Source: Mobula hypostoma (lineage: Eukaryota). Taken from it: a stretch of DNA of 64,000 bases. The stretch covers positions 87,298,001 through 87,362,000 of the forward strand of contig NC_086108.1 in assembly GCF_963921235.1 (NCBI RefSeq). The letters run 5' to 3'. The stretch's first letter is position 1. Each line of letters begins with the position of its first letter. Both the position numbers and the translations under genes were made by a program. The notes under the pieces were generated by a model. The model saw only the letters and a list, made by a program, of their open reading frames with translations. It was not told the origin of the DNA and did not search any database. Below are positions 51,427 through 61,599 of the stretch, piece after piece.

Positions 51427-51724
51427 ATATATACATTAAATGTACTTTGAACTTTGAACTAAGTTTATGCTGGCTATCAATCAACCATATACATTAATTG
51501 TAAATTAAATATATGTTAATCTCACATTCCAAACAACTGCCCCCAGCTTTAATGCTCACCAACACACTAGGGATAAAGGAGAGGTCCAAGTTCACCTACC
51601 AATCCACGTATGGTTTGGAATGAGTGAGGAAATTAGAGCACACAGGGGAACCTTCTTGATCACAGAAAGAACTTATAGACTCCACATGTACAGCACCAGA
51701 TATCAGGAGTGAACTTGTTCACTT

Positions 51725-52430
51725 ACTGAGGTCAAGAGCCATGGGGTAATGTTAAACCTATATAAGACCTTAGTTGGATGCCATTTAGAGTACTGTAAAG
51801 TCACAGACAAGAGAAAATCTGCAGATGCTGGAAATCCGAGCAACACACACAAAATGCTGGAGGAACTCAGCAAACTAGGCAGTACCTATGCCTGGAGTAC
51901 TATGTTCAGTTCTGGTCACTTCACTACAAGAAGGATGTGGAAACTATAGAGAGAGTGCAGAGGAGATTTACAAGGATACTGCCTGGATTGGAGGGCGTAC
52001 CTTATGAGAATAGGTTGAGTGTACTTGGCCTTTTCTCCTTGGAGTGACAGAGGATGAGAGGTGACCTGATCGAGGTGTATAAGATGATGAGGGAAATTGA
52101 TCATGTGGATAGCCAAAGGCTTTTTTCCCAGGCTGAAATGGCTAACACAAGGGGACATAGTTTTAAGGTGCTTGAAAATAGGTACAGAGGTGATACCAGG
52201 GGTAATTTTTTTACACACAGAGTGGTGACTGTGTGGAATGTACTACCAGCGACAGTGGTGGAGGTGGATACAATAGGGTCTTCTAAGAGCCTCTTAGGTA
52301 GGTACTTGCTTAGAAAAATAGAGGGCTATGCGGTAGGGAAATTCTAGGCAGTTTCTAGAGTAGGTTACGTGGCTGGCACAACATTGTGAGCCAAAGGGCC
52401 TGTAATGTGTGGTAGATTTCTCTGTTCTAT
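51725..52430 (+). mobile_element. CR1 3' fragment interrupted by a ~95-bp PLE tail piece (about 51797-51890)
   Basis: LYKTLVG.HLEYC|insert|LEY.VQFWS. GAGTACT is duplicated either side of the insert. MRGDLIEVYKMM follows. Confidence 0.8.
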
Positions 52431-52708
52431 GGATCAGCTTTATTCACTGCATTTTCGAATTCAAGTTTATTATCAATCAACCCAACACAAGTATACAGCT
52501 AAACAAAACATCATTCCTCTGGGGCCAAGATGCAAAATACAGAAACCAGATATAGTTACAATCCAGCACATACAGACACAAAATAAAATCAGACAACTCC
52601 CCGAGTGTCATAGCCTTAAGATGACAGGTCGACATCGAGCATAAGGAATACATTTACGTATGGCAATATAATGTTAATGGCGCTATTATAGTAAAACAAA
52701 CTAAGGTA

Positions 52709-53320
52709 GGAGGAAAAGATGGTGGCGCGCCTGTGTGTGCACAGCCCTCCGGTGAAAAATTATACCGTAGCTGTTAAATAGGGGCCGAGGACAATTCTGA
52801 TTTGATGGCGAATGGACATGAAAGCACAGAGGAACATCCGGAGAAATTTCTGAAACGCCCGTTCGCTGCTGTCATTATTGTGTGGTCGGGAATCTTTCAG
52901 AGGGTAGGCCTTGCCTGCTTTTGGCGACCGAGAAGGAGGTAGAATCGTTCAGACAGGGATGGCGCTCAGTACTCGATGTCGGAGAGCTGATCAGAGCTCG
53001 AGGTCTTCGGACGACTCAGAGTCCGATTGTGGTCGGCACGGCAGGGAGAGTTTTTCTTCCTTCTCCCGTCTGCGTGAGATGTGGGACATTTGAGAGACTT
53101 TGAACTTTACTGTGCTCAGGGACTTCTTCATCAAGTTATGGTATTGTTGCACTGTTTTTAACTGTAGGTTATAATTATGTGGTTTTGTCAGTTTTTTCAG
53201 TCTTGGTCTGTCCTGTGTTTTGAGATATCACACCGGAGGAAATAATGTATCATTTCTTAATGCGTGCATTACTAAATGACAATAAAAGAGGACTACGTGT
53301 CTTCATAATCTAAAAAAAAA
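52709..53320 (+). mobile_element. Non-coding, CpG-rich non-autonomous retroelement
   Basis: 5' AAGATGGTGGCG start. The 3' ~200 bp is shared with 13255-13480. Ends in an A-run. Confidence 0.6.
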
Positions 53321-53614
53321 CAGTCATATAAATATGTGAAACAGCTGTAATAAAAGATGAAAAGTGACCAGCACAGGTTGAGAGCATATCAGTGAGTTGT
53401 GGAGTGGAGGTGGGGGAGAGGCAACAGAACATTCTGACAAAGTGTACCTGGGACAATTTTGGAGCCACGATTGGACAAGCTGCCAAATATGTAAAGATCC
53501 TTTAAACTCATGTTTTTGGCAATTTATCAATTTCTAGCTTAAGCCTTAATTGCTGGCATTGAAAATAAAATCTCTTTCCTTCGAATTTTAATTGTCAAAT
53601 TCCAAAAGAAATCA

Positions 53615-54886
53615 ACACACATAAAAGTTGCTGGTGAACGCAGCAGGCCAGGCAGCATCTCTAGGAAGAGGTACAGTCGATGTTTCGGGCTGAAACCCTT
53701 CATCAGTACTAACTGAAAAAAGAGCTAGTAAGAGATTTGAAAGTGGGAGGGGGAGGGGGAGATCCAAAATGATAGGAGAAGACAGGAGGGGGAGGGATGG
53801 AGCCAAGAGCTGGACAGGTGATTGGCAAAAGGGGATACGAGAGGATCATGGGACAGGAGGCCTAGGGAGAAAGAAAAGGAAGAGGGGGGGAAAAATGCCC
53901 AGAGGATGGGCAAGGGGTATAGTGAGAGGGACAGAGGGAGAAAAAGGAGAGAGAAAAAGAATGTGTGTATATAAATAAATAACGGATGGGGTACGAGGGG
54001 GAGGTGGGGCATTAGCGGAAGTTTGAGAGGTCAATGTTCATGCCATCAGGTTGGAGGCTACCAAGATGGAATATAAGGTGTTGTTCCTCCAACCTGAGTG
54101 TGGCTTCATCTTTACAGTAGAGGAGGACGTGGATAGACATATCAGAATGGGAATGGGACGTGGAATTAAAATGTGTGGCCACAGGGAAATCCTGCTTTCT
54201 CTGGCGGGCAGAGCGTAGGTGTTCAGCGAAACAATCTCCCAGTCTGCGTCAGGTCTCACCAATAAACAGAAGGCCGCATCGGGAGCACTGGACACAGTAT
54301 ATCACCCCAGCCAACATAGGTGAAGAGTTGCCTCACCTGGAAGGACTGTCTGGGGCCCTGAATGGTGGTAAGGGAGGAAATGTAAGGGCATGTGGAGCAC
54401 TTGTTCCGCTTACAAGGATAAGTGCCAGGAGGGAGATCGGTGGGGAGGGATGGGGGGGACGAATGGACAAGGGAGTCGTGTAGGGAGCGATCCCTGCGGA
54501 AAGTGGGGGTGGGGGGCAGGAAAGATGTGTTTAGTGGTGGGATCCCGTTGGAGGTGGTGGAAGTTACAGAGAATAATATGTTGGACCCAGAGGCTGGTGG
54601 GGTGGTAGGTGAGGACAAGGGGAACCCTATTTCTAGTGGGGTGGCGGGAGGATGGAGTGAGAACAGATGTGCGTGAAATGGGGGAGATGCATTTGAGAGC
54701 AGAGTTGATGGTGGAGGAAGGGAAGCCCCTTTCTTTAAAAAAGGAGGACATCTCCCTCATCCTGGAATGAAAAGCCTCATCCTGAGAGCAGATGCGGTGG
54801 AGACAGAGGAATTGCGAGAAGGGGATGGCATTTTTGCAAGAGACAGGGTGAGAAGGGGAATAGTCCAGATAGCTGTGAGAGAAATC
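53615..54886 (-). mobile_element. Young PLE 3' fragment with 16-bp TSD and hammerhead (53675-53710)
   Basis: TSD ATTCCAAAAGAAATCA at 53599-53614 and 54887-54902. Same family as 14319-16658. Confidence 0.9.
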
Positions 54887-55870
54887 ATTCCAAAAGAAAT
54901 CATTACTTTTTTTTACTGCCCCTTTTATTTGTTATTGCTGCCTGTAGAGAGTTTGTAGGTCCCCCCATGACCACGTGGATTTCCTCCAAGTACTCCAGTT
55001 TACTCCCACATTCCAAAGACATACGGGTTCGGGACATGTGATATTGGCGCCAGATGCATGGCAACACTTGTGAGCTGACCCCAGCTCTTCCTCGGTCTGT
55101 ATTGGTCCTTGACGCAAATCACGCATTCCACTGTATGTTTTGATGTGCGTGCGACAAATAAAGCTAGTCTTTATCTTGAAATCTTAATCTAATTTTCTGT
55201 ACCAGACTTGTCAGAGAATTTAATGCTCTGACACTTGCCAGTTCGGATTCCTGGCCACTTATTAACAATGATTCACAGCGGGTGGTTAAAATGTCATGCC
55301 CTGCTTTCACAAATCTGAGATCCACCCTGAAGAACCTGGGCCAAGCTGGCTTCCTAATGTACATTGAGTTCCAGTGACAAATTGCTAACGGAAGTCTGTA
55401 AGTATGTGTAATGGCTAGCACATGCTGTGAGTGCAAAATCAGGCACATTATCTAATTTATCATTCTTGTGGTGATATAAGGAATATAATCGAATCAGGAA
55501 AATGCTGATATTCCCACCTCCAGAGGATGCTTTAACATTCGGAAGTACAAGTAAAATATGGCATGCAAGCAGATCGAAGCAATTAAATTGAAGCCTACAG
55601 CAATGTTCCTACAAACGCCATTCCTTCCTCCTACGATCCAACGCCAGAACTACCTACAACAGTGTCTGTTAAACCCTCACAATAGGACTATGATAAACAT
55701 CAAACAACTGCCTTTTAACTCAAAGTGCATTAAATCTACTTTTAATGGTGCCTTTAGGAGAATCCAGTCAATGTGTATATGTTTCTCTTCTGGTCCTCAT
55801 CTGAACAAAGTCAAATATAAAAAGTTACAGTGTGAGCACCATTCATCTCAAAAAATGCATTTATTATATA

Positions 55871-56375
55871 TAGTCAGTGGCCACTTTATTAGGTACATCT
55901 ATACACCTGCTGGTTAACGCAAATATCTAATCAGCCAATCATCTGGCAGCAACTAAGTGCATAAAAGCATGCAGAAATGTTCAAGAAGTTCAGTTGTTAT
56001 TCGGAACAAACATCAGAATGGCAAAGAAATGTGATCTAAATGATTTTGAAAATGGAATGAATGTTGGTGCCAGATGGGGTGGTTTGAGTATCTCAGAAAC
56101 TCAAGATACTCCTGGGGTTTTTCACACTCAACAGTCTCTAGAGTTTACAGAGACTGGTCCAAAAACAAAAATCATCCAGTGATTGGCTGTTCCGTGGGCA
56201 AAAACACCTTGCTAATAAGAGAGGTCAGAGGAGAATGGCCAGAATAATTCAAGCTGACAGGAAGGCAACCCTAATAACCTTGTGTTAGAACAGTGGTGTG
56301 GGGAAGAGCATCTCCGAATGCACAACACATCAAACCTTGAAGTGGATGGGCTGAAATAGCAAAGACCACAAACAC
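55871..56375 (+). mobile_element. Non-autonomous Tc1-derived element (same family as 21157-21717)
   Basis: TIR tcagtggccactttattagg. MAKKCDLNDFENGMNVGARWGGLSISET. Confidence 0.75.
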
Positions 56376-57154
56376 ACGTATACATATGGAGCCAGTTACC
56401 CTGATGATATATTCTACTGCTTACTTTTTTTTCTTTCCTTCATTTGCAACATATTCAATCAAAGGTGGATTCAAAACTAAACTAAAACATTGGAAATCTG
56501 AGGTACTAGGTATGCTCAATAGGTCAGGCAATATCTGTCAAAAAGAAAAGTAGAGTTAGCATTTTATGTTAGTTAGCCTGCTGAGGAGTGCTGGCACTTC
56601 CTGGTTTTGTTTCAGATTTCGGGAATTTCCAGTATTTCACTATAAGTAATGAGGTTAACTCAGTGGCTTTTTCTGTGGATGCCTTGTGCCGTTTTCTAGC
56701 ATTATCTGCTTTACTTTATAATAAATTGGTATGTACTTTGAGACTGAACTTTCCAACACAGCTCTACTATTACAGTCAAAAAATAACTGTCAGAAATTCA
56801 AGGGCACGTTATCGCATAACATCAGGAGGCCAACCTGCACCAGGTTACTATCTGAGCACTATAAAGCAACATTTCCTATTTCAGAAGTAATCTGAAGTGG
56901 TATATGTCATCTGGCCTGCTGGAGAAATCTGTGTTTCACTTACCTCCAGAGTTGAACATTGCCAAAATTTCCTGACAGTTTTCCCATCTCCAACACTCTT
57001 AACATTTAAGCTCATCTAAAATTCTGCTGATTCCAGTCTTAAATCACACTGAGCCAAATTCACCCAGTATCTCAATGGTCACTGGCCATCAGGGAGCTGA
57101 TTTTGTTACTTTCAACTTTTGTGTCCAAGCATTCTCAGATCTCACCATTCCCTG

Positions 57155-58070
57155 AATTGAATTGAATTGAATTGAGTTGACTTTATTACTTACATCCTTC
57201 ACATACATAAGGAGTAAAAATCTTTATGTTACGTCACTGTCTAAATGTGCAATGTGCAATTTATAGTAATTTGTAATAATTAGTATGCAAAACAGGACAG
57301 TCAGTATAGCATAGAAACACAACTGTACCAGCGTGAATCCATCAGTCTGATGACCTGGTGGAAGAAGCTGTCCCGGAGCCTGTTAATCCTGGTTTTTATG
57401 CTGCGGTACCGTTTTCTGGATGGTAACAGCTGGAACAGTCCCCAGTTATCCTCCGGGTCTTTCTTACACACCTGTCTCTGTAAACGTCCTAAATAGCGGG
57501 AAGTTCAGATTTCTGGCATTTCCAATATTTCACTATAAGTAATGAGGTTAACTCAGTGGCTTTTTCTGTGGATGCCTTGTGCCGTTTCTACAGATACACA
57601 GGGCTGTCTGCACCACTCTCTGCAGAGTCCTGCGATTGAGGGAGGTACAGTTCCCATACCAGACAGTGATGCAGCCAGTCAAGATGCTATCAATTGTGCT
57701 CCTATAGAAAGTTTTTAGGATTTGGGGGCCCACACCAAATCTCTTCAACTGTCTGAGGTGGAAGAGGCACTGTCGTGTTTTTTTTTCACCACACAGCTGG
57801 TATGTACAGTCCACATGAGATCCTCAGTGATATTTATGCCGAGGAACCTAAAGCTGTTCACCCTCTCAACCCCAGATCCATTGATGTCAATAGGGGTTAG
57901 CCTGTCTCCATTCCTCCTGTAGTCCACAACCAGCTCCTTTGTTTTTGTGACATTGAAAGAGAGGTTGTTTTCTTGACACCACTGTGTCAAGAGTGATGAC
58001 TTCTTCTGTGTAGGCTGCCTTGTTATAATTTGAGATAAGGCCAATCAGTGTAGTATCATCAACAAATTTA
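57155..58070 (-). mobile_element. Rex1/Babar LINE 3' fragment
   Basis: WCQENNLSFNVTKTKELVVDYRR..VERVNSFRFLGINITEDL, FYRSTIDSILTGCITVWYGNC. (CAATT)n tail. Same family as 40352-41083. Confidence 0.88.
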
Positions 58071-58876
58071 ATTTTCCTATCTTTTCACCTTTTCATATCT
58101 ATGTGACCTTCACCATATGTATTATCCTGAAGTTACCTTGTGTTTCTCTCTAAATCTAGTCTTTTGTACATCCCACACTTACTTCTCCCCATCCTGGTGA
58201 ATGAGCCTTCACCATTCCAGACCCCTAACCCAGAAATGCTCCGCTAAAATCTTTCTACTTCTCCATTTTCTTTCTCCTCCTTTAAGGTACTCTTTAAACC
58301 CTACTTCTTACATCAGGCTTATAATACTGGCGCCCCCTTCTTTTGCTTTTGGTGTGGCACGTTACAAAGCTAGTTTGGTGTTAGAATTATGGTGCCATCC
58401 ATACACTGCACTTTCAAATGTCAGGTGAGACCTAATATTGAGTGCTCAGGTGATTATAAAGATTAGCTTTATTTGTCACATGTACATCAAAATGTCAAAA
58501 CATACAGTAAAATGCATCATTTGCGTCAAATCAAATCAGCGAGGATTGTGCCGGGCAAGTGCCATGGCAGTTCCCGGGCAGAGACTGCTCACACTCATCG
58601 GCCCTGACCGTGTTTCTTTGGAATGTGAGAGGAAGCCAGAGGACACAGACATGGGAGAAAATATAGAAACTCCTTCAGGGCAGTGGCAGAATCGAACCTA
58701 TGTCGCTGGTGTTGTAATAGTGGTACGCTAATCGCTGTAGGCATCCCAACGGGATTATTGGGCTTCGGCTAAAAATGGGACTCCTTTTCAAACTTACTGC
58801 AGGAAAACAGACTGAGTTTGAAACCATGTTGTTAGAGAAAAGGTAATGGAGGTGCCTTCAAACTGAGAAGGAGTAA

Positions 58877-59353
58877 AGGCTGATTTATACTTGTGCGTAC
58901 GGGCTACGCCTTAGCTTACGCCATAGGCCTGATTTATACTTCTGCGTAGCCCTACGCCGTAGCAAGCATGCATAGTTGTGTCTGCGTCGCTCTGCAATTC
59001 ACCGCCAAAATGCCAGTTGGCGGTGGGGTTTCTACGCCACTGCGTTGAGTTTCTTCGTGAGAGACATGGACGAAGAAAAGCATTTCAAATATTTTCGGAT
59101 GTCGACAGGTAGATTTGATGATTCGGTTCATCGTCTCCAACCATTTATTTCGCATCAGTGTACAGACATGGCGGAGAAGAGCAATCGGAAATGCGATGCT
59201 ACCAAGCAGACCAATCACAGTTGTTGCAGTCTGCGTCGCCGCAACACGTGGGTTACATTTTTGGGGAGGTGCACGTCACCCTACAGCATAGGGTGCGGTG
59301 TAGGGTGCGCGGTATCTATGGCGTACATTTGACGCACAAGTATAAATCAGCCT
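58877..59353 (+). mobile_element. PIF/Harbinger non-autonomous element
   Basis: Perfect 22-bp TIR AGGCTGATTTATACTTGTGCGT. TAA TSD at 58874-76 and 59354-56. Internal [28 protein letters not shown] resembles a Harbinger transposase N-terminus. Confidence 0.9.
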
Positions 59354-59893
59354 TAACGCACAGCAAAGCACCGACCCATCCCCCTCCATGCCCCACCAAT
59401 CTTGATGCTGCATGACAGAATTTAAAGAATTCCAGTTTCAGGAAGAATGTCCATCCAAAATCTAACTACGGGACTTGCAATACAGATAAGACTCCTGACC
59501 GCCATATTTTAACTGAACTGGGGGACTGTGTGTTTTGCACAGTAATATTACTAGAGTAGCAATCCAAGGTCCGGACCAATGATCTATTCATGTTAGTACA
59601 GTACACCCAATCCCATATGCTTTAATTTTGCACATTAATCCCTTATGTAGGACTTTCCCATATACCATCTGAGGGTCAAAATGTATCTCTACTAGTTTCA
59701 TACTCAAAGATTTCCAGTTCATTTGGCAGTTCATTACTTTCCTTTCTAAATCCATGTTGATTCTGACTGATCCTCCTTTGCAAATGCTCGACTGTTACAT
59801 CTTTGATGGTGATGTCTGGTTAATCATTCTACGATGCGAGTTAATGGTTTTCCTTTCTAAAATAGTGGGATTACATTGGCTATCTTCCCTTGT

Positions 59894-60242
59894 GGGTGGT
59901 GGGGTGGGGATACATCTCTACTGAAGGATGTGTAAGATGCTTCTTCCCTCCACTAGCCTGTAGGTCACCCTAGGGCAAGGTGTAGCACCTGCTTAGCCCC
60001 CCGATCAGGGTCACGTGAAGCCATGGGAACAGGTGGTGGATGGTCACATGAGCAGCTGGTGCATATCACAAGTCCTGATTATGCAATCACTGATGCCAGG
60101 CAGACAATCTCTGAAGAGTATTTATAGTGGCTGGGGTCACTCGTTTTGTAAAGCCACTGCCCAGAAGAAGGCAATGGCAAACCACTTCAGCAGAAAACTT
60201 TGCCAAGAACAATCATGGTCATGGAAAGACCATGACCATGAT
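59894..60242 (+). mobile_element. RTE-related non-autonomous element (5' part), cut by the CR1 insertion
   Basis: GAAGAAGGCAATGGCAAACCACTTC at about 60164-60188 resembles the RTE/Bov-A/Sauria-SINE motif. No tRNA head is seen. Confidence 0.55.
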
Positions 60243-60652
60243 GGGCCATTTTTCTCGGTGGTTGATCGGGACAGGACTGCGCAAGCACGTGCAAGTCGGT
60301 CCGTGAGGCAGCAGGAGTATTTAAAGGAGAGCAGTTTGTGGACGACGGCCATTTTTCTCAGCAGTTGATCGGGACAGGACTGCGCAAGTGCGTGTAAGTC
60401 GGTCCGTGAGGCAGCGGGAGAATTTAAAAGAGAGCAGTTTGACAGAGCGGGTGATGTTGTAGCGGGTGACAGTGTGGAGGGAGACAGAGTAGGAAGGCTT
60501 TGTCTCGAGAGGCTTCAGCAAGCAGAGGCTGAGGACGAGCTTCTCTCCAAGTGAGGTAAGGCCAGGTAAGTTCCTTTAAAAGGAGAACGATCTCCAGCGG
60601 TATTTTATTTGAAGCAAGGAAGGCGGCGAGGCTGTAGCGTGTTGGGTAGGTC

Positions 60653-61599
60653 ATGACGGCTGAGATCGGTCCCCGGTTTGTTCATCCTGCAGCATGTGGG
60701 AAATTAGGGATACTTCCAGTGTCCCTGACAACCATGTGTGCAGGAAATGTGTCCAGCTGCGGCTTCTGGCAGACCGCATTGAGCAGCTGGAGCTGCGACT
60801 GGATTCATACTGGAGCAACCGCGATGTTGAGAAAGTCATGAATAGCATGTTCAGTGAGTTGGCCACACCGCAGGTAAAGACTACACAGACAGAAAGGGAA
60901 TGGGTGGCCACTAAACAGCGTAGCAGTAGGCAGGTAGTGCAGGAGTCCCCTGAGGTCATCTCCCTCCTAAACAGATATACTGTTTTGGATACTGTTGGGG
61001 GAGATGTCTCATCAGGGGAAGGTAGCAGCAGCTGAGTTCATGGCACAATGGGTGCCTCTGTGGCACAGGAGGGAAGGAAAAGGAGTGGGAGAGCTATAGT
61101 GATAGGGGATTCAATTGTAAGGGGAATAGATAGGCGTTTCTGCGGCCGCAAACGAGACTCCAGGAGGGTATGTTGCCTCCCTGGTGCAAGGGTCAAGGAT
61201 GTTTCTGAGTGGCTGCAGGACATTCTGGACTGGGAGGGTGAACAGCCAGTGGTCGTGGTGCACATAGGTACCAATGATATAGGAAAAAAATGGGATGAGG
61301 TCCTACAAGGTGAATTTAGGGAGTTAGGAGATAAACTAAAAAGTAGGACCATAAAGGTAATAATCTCTGGATTACTACCAGTGCCACGTGCTAGTCAGAG
61401 TAGAAATAGGAGGATATTTCAGATGAATACGTGGCTTGAAAAATGGTGCAAGGGGGAGGGATTCAAATTTCTGGGGCATTGGAACCAGTTCTGGAGGAGG
61501 TGGGACTGGTACAAACAGGACGGTCTGCACCTGGGCTGGACTGGAACCAATGTCCTAGGGGAAGCATTTGCTACTGTTGTTCAGGAGGATTTGAACTAA
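60653..61599 (+). pseudogene. CR1 ORF1: zinc finger/leucine zipper plus SGNH/GDSL esterase domain
   Basis: CSSCSMWE..CRKCVQLRLLADRIEQLELRL, NRYTVL, IVIGDSIVRG, CLPGARVKDV, VHIGTND, DGLHL. Frameshift near the start and in-frame TGA at 61033-35. Confidence 0.88.

Noticed and set aside
14319..51890. PLE targeting preference for other retroelements
   Set aside because: Several PLE inserts are nested in CR1, Rex or PLE sequence, but most of the window is repeat-derived, so this is expected by chance.
61048..61599. Stand-alone GDSL/SGNH esterase gene or horizontal transfer
   Set aside because: This is the known esterase domain of CR1 ORF1, in frame with the upstream zinc finger region past a point-mutation stop.
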